The translations under genes and the position numbers were made by a program. Source: an uncultured virus (IMG/VR IMGVR_UViG_3300042471_001823) (taxonomy: Duplodnaviria; Heunggongvirae; Uroviricota; Caudoviricetes). Taken from it: a stretch of 64,000 nucleotides of DNA. The notes beneath the pieces were generated by a model. It had not been told where the DNA came from. It worked only from the letters and a program-made list of their open reading frames with translations, and did not search any database. The DNA is taken from the IMG/VR virus record IMGVR_UViG_3300042471_001823; one strand, 5' to 3'. Each line of letters begins with the position of its first letter. Positions within the stretch are counted from its first letter, which is position 1. Positions 41,842 to 49,928 of this stretch are shown here, in pieces.

Positions 41842-41996
41842 AAATAAACTTGAAATCGATACTAGCACACTCCCATGATTAATATTATTTGTCAATACAT
41901 TAAATAATAAGTGTTATTGATTAAGTTTTAGTGTTTTTGGTAGGTTGGCTTATGGATTAGTTTTAGCTAATAGCATTATTACTGATTAGGCTTTAG

Positions 41997-43211
41997 CTAA
42001 ACATACCCATATTTTTCTGCCAACTTTTTAGCGGCACTAGCGGATAAATGCATGTATCCGTTTTTGTCAACATCTCCAAGCCCTAAATGCTTGTAAAAGG
42101 GGATGGCTTCTTTTAGGGGCGTGAGATGCAGTGCCCCTTTAAACCCTAACTCTTTGCTCTTTTTAGACGCTTCTAGAATCGCTGTAGCACCCGCACCCTT
42201 GACCTTTCTTTTGTTCTCATGGATATTCCAAGGTGCGGTTGCCAACAAGTCAACATAGAAACCATGATCGGGATCTATGCTGTAAAGCATTGCTGCTTGC
42301 ATAACTTTTTTTCGATCTCTTACGATGATATTCGGGTAATCGCCATTGTTTTCCAACATAAAATCAACAACACCCCGATTGTTTTTTAACTGCCTATTTT
42401 CTTCTGGGGTAATACTTTCGGTCATCGGATGAGTTGAAAACAATGTTTTTTGCAAATGGGTTTCCCACTTGTTTAATTCTTTATCAAAAGCCGCTTTAGA
42501 CAAGTTTTCTTGGCTATGGAAACCTAGTTTGGTGTTAGGTATTGACAAGCTTTGAATCTCTTTGGTTTTCTCAGTAAGTTTCCTTTTTTGCTTTTGCAAG
42601 TGTTTGTTTTTTCTGACTTGCTGAGAGATGCCTTCAAGTTGTTTTTGAGCATCATTGACTAGCCGTCGTGATTTTGCCAATGCATTGCGATTACCCGCAG
42701 ATTTGTGATCCTCTTGCGCTTCTTTTTCTTGTTCAATAACTGCCTTTAAATCTCTTTGCTTAGCAGTCAAACTTCTGATAGACTCAGTAGATGCAATCTT
42801 TTTCTTAACTGTTTGTAGTGCATTACTAACCTGTGGAACGCCTGTTTTTAACTCATCATTGAACTGGACAATCTTTAACTTTTGAGCCGCTTTTTGAGCA
42901 TCAGCTAATGGTATCCGTCCTAGTTTTACAGCTTTAGCCAAATTAGAAGCAACTGCTACTTTGTAGTCATTACTGCCTTTCTTCATGAATTTACCACCTT
43001 TTCCGTTAGGAGTTCCTTTGGGGTATCTAGGATGGGCAATATTAAAAGGAATAGCAGCACCAGTAACATTAGAATGAGTGGCAGTAACATCAGAAGGAAT
43101 AGCAGTGCCGGTAATTTGAGATTTCTTGTTTGACAATGGCGTATTTTGACTGCCTACAATTGTCATTTGAGGGATAGTAATAGGGCTTTGAATTGTAAAA
43201 ATTTTTAGCAT
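41997..43211 (-). CDS. Basic IPQMTI-leader protein 4 with HPRYPKGTP module and C-terminal GNAT acetyltransferase
   Basis: Starts MLKIFTIQSPITIPQMTI; C-terminal YVDLLATAPWN...KGAG...GFKGALHL.PL.EAIPFYKHLG. Confidence 0.82.
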   Translation of the reverse strand: MLKIFTIQSPITIPQMTIVGSQNTPLSNKKSQITGTAIPSDVTATHSNVTGAAIPFNIAHPRYPKGTPNGKGGKFMKKGSNDYKVAVASNLAKAVKLGRIPLADAQKAAQKLKIVQFNDELKTGVPQVSNALQTVKKKIASTESIRSLTAKQRDLKAVIEQEKEAQEDHKSAGNRNALAKSRRLVNDAQKQLEGISQQVRKNKHLQKQKRKLTEKTKEIQSLSIPNTKLGFHSQENLSKAAFDKELNKWETHLQKTLFSTHPMTESITPEENRQLKNNRGVVDFMLENNGDYPNIIVRDRKKVMQAAMLYSIDPDHGFYVDLLATAPWNIHENKRKVKGAGATAILEASKKSKELGFKGALHLTPLKEAIPFYKHLGLGDVDKNGYMHLSASAAKKLAEKYGYV

Positions 43212-43317
43212 AAATTTTCCTGATTATCGCAACCAAGAAAATTGTACCAGATTTTTTTATGTTTTAATTATTGCTGTTTTTTTAGGATTGGGTGTTTAGT
43301 TCCTTGTTAGTTGATGT

Positions 43318-45033
43318 TTAATTAGGTGACGCTTGATCCGGTGACGCTTGATCAGGTGGTACTTGATCCGGTGACGTTTCATCAGGTGGCGTAGCACCAT
43401 CACCACCGCCCAACAAAGCTGCAATATCATCAGCGCTAGTGCCATCATCTACAAGGCTAGGGGTGATGCCGATGATTGGCAGCATTTGAATTTTTTCGTT
43501 ATCGTCAATTTCTTTAAAGATTTGAGGCAACAAACTATCATCAATGTCGTAGGTAGAAGCGGCTTTTTTGATGACGGACTTGATAACAGCTTTAGCAAAA
43601 ATACCAGACGGGATCTGTTGCTGTGCTAGGTTGGTAACACCTGATAAATATTCAAGCAAACCTTCCTGTAAGAAGTCATTAAACCCTTGAACTTCCCAGT
43701 CAAGTAATTCGCCCTTGACGATGGCAGCGCCATCTAAAATCTGCTTTGCAAAGATTCTGAATAATTCCCCAAAATATTCCATCAGCAAAGCTTCAGGGCG
43801 GCGATCCTCTTGTTTGCTGACAGCCGATCTAGAAATAGCTGATGGCGTGTCCCCCGCCGCTAATGCCATTTGCTGTAATACAGATAAGATATTTTTCTGA
43901 ATAACACGGTTAATAATATCTACAGCAGTATTAATAAAATGTCCACCTGTTTGCAGTGAGGTGATTTGCGTCCCCTTGGGTAACACGATGTAATACCCTT
44001 CACCTAGCTTTTGCTGAGATAATGGGTCATCACCGCCGTCATCAGTAGCATAGGACTTGTCATCACCACGAATAAAAACAGGGACTTGGAACAGGTTATT
44101 TTGGATAGAGTAGGCAATACTGGTTTCTAGGTTAAACTGCCATTTTTGCTGGTCAAAAATCTGATCGGCAATCCAAAACTCTGAGGGCACAGATACCGTA
44201 AAAACAGGGAATACGAAATTATTTTGATAACTAAATAATTCTTTCTTCTCGAATTTTGGGGTTAAAATAGCATTGTTTTCTGTAGCTGTATGCACATCAA
44301 AGAACGTATTCTTTTTGTTAGCAGGGGTAATCTGGTATTGACTGAACAAAATCCGATTATCAACCCTTTCATAGATGAAAATATTGTAGGCAGTGCCATT
44401 GTCATCATCCCATGCGCTACGATTGCTAACAGGGAAGCAGATTTTAGCAAATGAAAAACCTTTGCCATTGGGATCGATACCCCAATCCCATAGATTTTCC
44501 CTAGGCACTAAGGAGACGCTAGGGGTGTTTAAATCCATCTTTGAGATGACATCATCGCTTAAACCAGTGGTATCTACAGCTTTAGAATCAAGTACGGCGA
44601 TCGCCTTGCCAGTGACCACCAACTCAGTACAAGCATTTCTAAGCAATGATAAAAAGCTGGTACGTCCATCATCATCACCTGGAATAATTGAACCAGATGC
44701 AAGGAATGTGTCCCAATCTTTTATATTTGCTTTAGAACCGGATTTGCCATTGGCTTTTTTGGCAGAGTATGAGGCATCTTTAGCGAATAGTTGTGACACT
44801 AACCGCTTAATGGGCACGGCTGAAACATTGGTGTAAACCGATAGGTTTAGCCGCTCTTCGATGACTGCTGACGGTCTACCATTAGGATTGGTGAGCAATT
44901 TAGCACGGGCATCACGATCCATTGCGCTACCACCTGATACCATCTTTCGGCATAGTTCCCAGCGTTCATGGTACTTTTCCCACTCAGAGTGCTTGGCTAT
45001 AATTTTAGAAAGTTTACTGGTTGGTTCTGCCAT
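43318..45033 (-). CDS. Portal protein
   Basis: About 571 aa. N-terminal KH.EW..Y.ERW...R...GG...ERL..SVYTN pattern, SRSAVSKQEDR segment and acidic repetitive C-tail. Confidence 0.75.
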   Translation of the reverse strand: MAEPTSKLSKIIAKHSEWEKYHERWELCRKMVSGGSAMDRDARAKLLTNPNGRPSAVIEERLNLSVYTNVSAVPIKRLVSQLFAKDASYSAKKANGKSGSKANIKDWDTFLASGSIIPGDDDGRTSFLSLLRNACTELVVTGKAIAVLDSKAVDTTGLSDDVISKMDLNTPSVSLVPRENLWDWGIDPNGKGFSFAKICFPVSNRSAWDDDNGTAYNIFIYERVDNRILFSQYQITPANKKNTFFDVHTATENNAILTPKFEKKELFSYQNNFVFPVFTVSVPSEFWIADQIFDQQKWQFNLETSIAYSIQNNLFQVPVFIRGDDKSYATDDGGDDPLSQQKLGEGYYIVLPKGTQITSLQTGGHFINTAVDIINRVIQKNILSVLQQMALAAGDTPSAISRSAVSKQEDRRPEALLMEYFGELFRIFAKQILDGAAIVKGELLDWEVQGFNDFLQEGLLEYLSGVTNLAQQQIPSGIFAKAVIKSVIKKAASTYDIDDSLLPQIFKEIDDNEKIQMLPIIGITPSLVDDGTSADDIAALLGGGDGATPPDETSPDQVPPDQASPDQASPN

Positions 45034-45436
45034 GATTTCTATAAAAAAACGACTGCTTATAATTTTAGCTTGTGCATTACCTCTCACCGCTTGCACCCCG
45101 CCAAAAGAACCGATGACGCTTGTGATTAAGGTTACAAACACGAATGTAATATGCAGTATCAGTGAAAAAGCTTCGGTGAACGATGCCTTTGAAAGGCAGC
45201 CAATTACTGTAAAGAACCAGTATGAAACAGTTTTAACCGTCAAAGAATTGGAATCATTTAAACAGGAAGAAATCAAAGGCTCTGAGGGTAAGTACAATTG
45301 CTATTGGTATACCTATCCCGTAAACATCTCAAGAACTAGTAGTTACACTGTATCTATTGGTAAGTGGCAAACCATTGCACAGCCAAATAGCGTGATTTCC
45401 GTTGATGCTGAGACGTTGAAAACATTAGCTTTTTAA
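45032..45436 (+). CDS. Lipoprotein
   Basis: MISIKKRLLIILACALPLTAC: basic N-region, hydrophobic core and LTAC lipobox. Confidence 0.65.
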   Translation: MISIKKRLLIILACALPLTACTPPKEPMTLVIKVTNTNVICSISEKASVNDAFERQPITVKNQYETVLTVKELESFKQEEIKGSEGKYNCYWYTYPVNISRTSSYTVSIGKWQTIAQPNSVISVDAETLKTLAF

Positions 45437-45580
45437 TTGACAATGTAATGCTGAAACATTGAAAACATTGGCTTTTTAATTGACAATGTGATGCTGAGAC
45501 GTTGAAAACACTGGTTTTTTTGGTTGACAATGTGATGCTAAAACACTGGCTTTTTAACAGGCTTGCTTACAATAAAATTG

Positions 45581-45610
45581 TTGACAAATAATTAACAACT
45601 TGAGATAATT
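45581..45610 (+). promoter_or_regulatory. Sigma70-type early promoter, TTGACAAATAAT family
   Basis: Exact TTGACAAATAAT at 45581, 46021, 46440 and 47151 (+) and at 4416-4427 and 52157-52168 (-), each upstream of a small gene. Confidence 0.75.
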
Positions 45611-45653
45611 TGAGTGGTTGATTTTATTAATCAATACATTTTGAGGTTAACAA

Positions 45654-46031
45654 ATGCCTTTAAGTAAATCCGACTTCTTTTCTTTGTATGAGAAGCTGTA
45701 TCAACAGCTAGGCAAAGATCAAAAATCTTTATTGGAGCAATACAAAAACGCAAACCAAAAGTATCCTATCGGTTTCACTTTCCCATACAAAGGTGAAACA
45801 GCAAAAATAAATGGGTGTTTTGCCCAATTATTTGAACCTGATGCCGATCGCCTTGATTATGATATTTTTATTGTCTATTCGTGCTACGTTCCAAGGATTT
45901 GCGATCAAGAGATTCAAGACCTTTTAGGGAAAATGACGGTTATAGGTGACCAGAAAAACAGTGGGGTTGTAATTTTTGAGGCTGAAATAGATAGGGTATT
46001 GGAATGCGACAATAAACCTATTGACAAATAA
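45654..46031 (+). CDS. Hypothetical early protein
   Basis: GAGGTTAACAAATG start. Confidence 0.6.
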   Translation: MPLSKSDFFSLYEKLYQQLGKDQKSLLEQYKNANQKYPIGFTFPYKGETAKINGCFAQLFEPDADRLDYDIFIVYSCYVPRICDQEIQDLLGKMTVIGDQKNSGVVIFEAEIDRVLECDNKPIDK

Positions 46032-46076
46032 TCAGTAGGATGAGATGGTTTTATTTATTGACGATGAGGTTAACCA

Positions 46077-46409
46077 ATGACTCTATACCTAATGAATGCC
46101 ATCCCTAATGCCTTAATGCCAGATGTAGGAAATAACATCAAAATTACTGGCATATCCGAAAATGTCGTAAAGGATGTGCTGGCTCACAACCTGCGAACGT
46201 TTGTGAGCGCAATCAGCCACGAATCGACGGCTAAAATGATTGGTAAGCGGCTATGGCTTGATGGCAAAATTCCCTGTAATCCTATCGATGTGCAGCCGAA
46301 AAGTGGTGATATTGTGATCGCAGCATTATTTATGTCGTCACGACGATCAGCGCTGACTGAGGCGGAAATTTTGGATCTACCTATTAAATGGGTTGAAGTA
46401 AGTTTCTAG
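46077..46409 (+). CDS. DUF1874 (STIV B116-like) protein
   Basis: LYLMNA.P.A.M...FVSAISHESTA..I...L...GD...W pattern. Confidence 0.7.
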   Translation: MTLYLMNAIPNALMPDVGNNIKITGISENVVKDVLAHNLRTFVSAISHESTAKMIGKRLWLDGKIPCNPIDVQPKSGDIVIAALFMSSRRSALTEAEILDLPIKWVEVSF

Positions 46410-46537
46410 ATAGAATATTGGGACGTGACAATAAACCTGTTGACAAATAATCGAGGGACTGGAATGATTTTATTTGTTGATAGTGAGGTTAACGTACAGC
46501 CTAAAAGCGGCGATATTGCAATTACAGCATTATTATT

Positions 46538-47032
46538 ATGAGCAAAATTGAACAGGCTGAAATTTTTCAACAAATAAAAAAAGTAGGGTTAACTCCTTAT
46601 TGGTACGCTGGTAGCAACCCAGAAACAGGAGCGTCTGGATACCTTGCTGGCATAAAACAAACGGGTAAACCTGATCGCTTTGTTGATGTGTTAAGTTATG
46701 GAAAAACGTTAGAAGAAGCTTTAAAAGCTGCTTTTTTACGTCAATTTGATTGGTATCGTTCAACAATTGAGGTTAACACGATGTTTAAATTTAATATTGG
46801 GCAAACCGTATTTTTCTTGAAAAACGATAAGCTTTTTCAGGCTAAGATCAGAGTCCGTCAAATCACTGAATCAGACAGTCCTTTACGTGACGAAACAAAA
46901 TCTTTCAGTCGGACAACAGCAGATCGCGTTGTAATTGTTTATGGGGTTAAAGGGCATGATGTTGATGTAAATTGGCAATTCAAAGAGTCTCAGCTATTCG
47001 CTTCTAAGCAGGAGCTAGTTGATTCTTTGTAA
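46538..47032 (+). CDS. Hypothetical protein; possibly two in-frame genes with an internal start at 46781
   Basis: Internal GAGGTTAACACGATG before MFKFNIGQTVFFL. Confidence 0.55.
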   Translation: MSKIEQAEIFQQIKKVGLTPYWYAGSNPETGASGYLAGIKQTGKPDRFVDVLSYGKTLEEALKAAFLRQFDWYRSTIEVNTMFKFNIGQTVFFLKNDKLFQAKIRVRQITESDSPLRDETKSFSRTTADRVVIVYGVKGHDVDVNWQFKESQLFASKQELVDSL

Positions 47033-47206
47033 AAGCACTTTCACAAAAAAACATCCTGTAGTAACCGATAACTACAGGATGTTTTTTTGCGTATAACAAA
47101 ATCTTATACCCACATCCTATTCCACCCCTTAAACTCTAATCTTTTTTGTATTGACAAATAATCTAAAAGATCAGATCATAGGAACAGTTAATCAATGAAG
47201 TGGGTT

Positions 47207-47563
47207 ATGAAATTTGGAACCGTTGGCAAAGCGATTGCACGGGTGTTAAATATCCCCGTCGCGGCAATTGCTGAAGTGCGGTGGTTTGCCGCAGTGTACT
47301 GGGTCAGAATTAATGGCAAGCGTCCCCGCTTTGTCAGTAAGAATGCAGTGAGTATGGCAATTGCCGAAGCTTGTGAAAGTAGTGTTTTTGCCACCATGAG
47401 CGGTGCGGGGCGCTTAGTGCGTCACAGTGAAGCATGGGCAGTGTATGAAGCACCTGCTAGTGTTAGTGAGTTGCTGATCGTCACTTTAAAAGTAGTGTTT
47501 GACGGCGTTTTTTACAATGCCAATGATGGTGTGATTGGTGTGCGTACCGCTGAAATTGTTTAG
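47207..47563 (+). CDS. Hypothetical phage protein
   Basis: After the promoter at 47151; VYWVRINGKRPRFVSK. Confidence 0.6.
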   Translation: MKFGTVGKAIARVLNIPVAAIAEVRWFAAVYWVRINGKRPRFVSKNAVSMAIAEACESSVFATMSGAGRLVRHSEAWAVYEAPASVSELLIVTLKVVFDGVFYNANDGVIGVRTAEIV

Positions 47564-47625
47564 TACGTTTGTACACGCAAGGCTTATTACTTAAAGCCTT
47601 GCATAACTTTTATCAACTCAAACCA

Positions 47626-47895
47626 ATGGTCAAATATTTCAAGGTAACTAGCGATCGCTTTGATTCACCTGCGTATTACGCAGCACACAACTTGAATGAC
47701 GCTAAAGAGGTAGCCTATTCCGATACAAACAGTCAAATGCTGTTGAATTTTGAAGAGGTTCAACTGACGGACATTCCTTCAACGTCAGTTATTCATACGG
47801 CAAAACTTGGGCGTGTTCGTGTTGGCGATTTTATGTCACAACATTCAGCGAATCCTAAAATTACCGTGATTAGCCCTTATCTTGATGGAGAATAA
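47626..47895 (+). CDS. Hypothetical protein
   Basis: Start at MVKYFKV in the early operon. Confidence 0.5.
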   Translation: MVKYFKVTSDRFDSPAYYAAHNLNDAKEVAYSDTNSQMLLNFEEVQLTDIPSTSVIHTAKLGRVRVGDFMSQHSANPKITVISPYLDGE

Positions 47896-47899
47896 AACC

Positions 47900-48127
47900 A
47901 TGAGCATCAATCCTATCATTTCGCAGGAAACAGTTACTACTGTTTCCTCTAAAAATAAGATCAAGGGTGCAGATCAATATCTTTGCAGTACCAGCACAAA
48001 AACGATTGCTACCCATAAATGCGATCACTGCGGACACGAATACGAGCGCAAAGGGATGGCTGGATTCTTTGAGGAAATGTATCAGGGATGCCCGTCCTGT
48101 GGATACGGAAAAGAAGATTGGGTGTGA
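47900..48127 (+). CDS. Zinc-ribbon protein
   Basis: CDHC...CPSC; GGAG SD. Confidence 0.55.
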   Translation: MSINPIISQETVTTVSSKNKIKGADQYLCSTSTKTIATHKCDHCGHEYERKGMAGFFEEMYQGCPSCGYGKEDWV

Positions 48128-48220
48128 CCATGCATTAGCCGAAAGACACTTCAAGCGCCACAGAAGCGCCTCATTTTATTTTCAAGCGCCACAGAAGCGC
48201 TTGAAACCAACACAAAGCCA

Positions 48221-48526
48221 ATGACAAAATCTATTTTATTCCCTGCTATTCACCCCTATACGCTGTCCGTGCTAGAGCAATGGGGCTTTACTCTTGACCC
48301 TGAATACAAAGATGGTAACGGGTTGACAATCCGACTGTATTTTCCCCAAGGATGGAAAATTGTTCGAGGCTATGGATATATCTTTGATTTGGTTGACGAT
48401 CAAGGCGAAATCAAAGGGCATGGAGAAGTGTCAAGTTGTGGCGGGTATTTTATCGTAGAAGAAAAATTTCGGACGTTTAAACGACCGAACAAGCTCAAAG
48501 AGTTTTTAACGAAAAAGATTTTTTGA
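48221..48526 (+). CDS. Hypothetical protein
   Basis: Clean ORF in the plus-strand run. Confidence 0.5.
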   Translation: MTKSILFPAIHPYTLSVLEQWGFTLDPEYKDGNGLTIRLYFPQGWKIVRGYGYIFDLVDDQGEIKGHGEVSSCGGYFIVEEKFRTFKRPNKLKEFLTKKIF

Positions 48527-48601
48527 TTAAATCGCGGAGCCACACGCGATCAATAAATTGGATCATGGCAGATTGTCACAACAAACGAAGGAATTAAATC
48601 T

Positions 48602-48844
48602 ATGAATCCATTACTTAAAGCGTTACTAACAAAAAAGAAGTCTTCTATTTTTTTTAGATTTTTCCGTTTAATTCCTATTGTGATTGTATTGGGACTAATC
48701 ACCTTGCTGTTTTTAATCTCAAACAGTCAATGGCGAGTATTTTTTGCTTTTATTTTTGCGTTTTTTGTTTACCACGCAAAAAGTTGGTTGCTCACGATGG
48801 ATCATTTAATTCTTAAAGCATTACTGGATAACAACAATGACTAA
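48602..48844 (+). CDS. Small two-TM membrane protein
   Basis: Two hydrophobic stretches; AAGGA SD. Confidence 0.55.
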   Translation: MNPLLKALLTKKKSSIFFRFFRLIPIVIVLGLITLLFLISNSQWRVFFAFIFAFFVYHAKSWLLTMDHLILKALLDNNND

Positions 48845-49145
48845 TTCACATCCGTTTCAATGGCACGTTGTCATGGCATCAAACGTAACATCGGGTTATC
48901 CCTATGACGTTTATCCTTATGCTTTGTTTTCACGGCTTCGAGGATGGGATAAAGGATTATATCCAACATTGGAATACGCAACCGCAATAGCTGAATCCCG
49001 CAATCAAGGTGAAAAATGGCACGAACGCTATCCGCCTCATGAAGTAGATAGATGCCTAAAGAAGTATCAAGGCGACATTTATTCAGAGGCAACTTTGAAC
49101 GCCATGCTAAAAGAGGTTGCAATATTCCAAGAACAACAATCTTAA
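48837..49145 (+). CDS. Hypothetical protein
   Basis: Overlaps the previous stop; ends at the hairpin 49155-49207. Confidence 0.5.
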   Translation: MTNSHPFQWHVVMASNVTSGYPYDVYPYALFSRLRGWDKGLYPTLEYATAIAESRNQGEKWHERYPPHEVDRCLKKYQGDIYSEATLNAMLKEVAIFQEQQS

Positions 49146-49204
49146 TAGCAATTTTTGAGCGCTCATTGAGCGCTCATTTTTTTATGTAAGCGCTCAATGA
49201 GCGC

Positions 49205-49897
49205 TCAACTGTTAAGAGCCTCTTTTAGCCCATACAAACAGATCTCAGAATCAGTGGCAAGCCCGTGTAATTCACCATAGGCTTGCCACTGTTTTAGTTG
49301 CTGTTTGTCTAGAGTGATGTTTAAGGCGCGTTTTAGTACTGGTTGCTCTGGAATTGTTGGCTCATCATAGTGATCGTCACTGACATCAACAACAGGACTA
49401 GCTACTGGCATTTGCCCTAGAAGTTCTTCTAGATTGCGGTGAATGTGCCCTGCTAACCATTGCCCATGCTCATCAATATTGTTAAGCACAAACTGTGTTT
49501 TTACTTGATCGTCAATCCCTTGAACTTTTTCATTGTTTAAGCCTAGAGTCATGGCAGCGTGGCTAGACTTATCAAGGTCAACAATGGCACAAGGGACATA
49601 GAGCCAATAATCAGGGGAATAGCGGGTTTTATCCTTTGGCTCAATGGTTTGAGGTGTCTGGGAATCAAACCATGACTGCTCCTGCTCTGATAACCATTTA
49701 GCGGCTAACACACGGTCATGCCCATCGACAATACGCTCTAACCTAAGATTAAGAGTGACGTGTTCTAGCCATCCTAGGGATAGCAGTGAGTGAGCAATCT
49801 TGATAGTGCCCTCTAGCGGGTGATGCACGGGATTAAGCTCATAGAATGCGTTGAGTAGTTCTGGTAATTCTTTGATCAGAGTGTCTGAGGTTGCCAT
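49205..49897 (-). CDS. ParB/Sulfiredoxin-like domain protein
   Basis: NPVHH...SL..LGW...RIVDGHDRVLAA...VP..IVDL; paralog of the divergent gene. Confidence 0.75.
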   Translation of the reverse strand: MATSDTLIKELPELLNAFYELNPVHHPLEGTIKIAHSLLSLGWLEHVTLNLRLERIVDGHDRVLAAKWLSEQEQSWFDSQTPQTIEPKDKTRYSPDYWLYVPCAIVDLDKSSHAAMTLGLNNEKVQGIDDQVKTQFVLNNIDEHGQWLAGHIHRNLEELLGQMPVASPVVDVSDDHYDEPTIPEQPVLKRALNITLDKQQLKQWQAYGELHGLATDSEICLYGLKEALNS

Positions 49898-49928
49898 AAT
49901 AAACCTATAAAATTATGATGATAAAGTT

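Noticed and set aside
45034..45297. N-terminal extension of the portal ORF, and 44861-45031 extension of the lipoprotein ORF
   Set aside because: Each extension is the antisense of the other gene; the signal peptide and portal-like sequence begin at the shared CATG.
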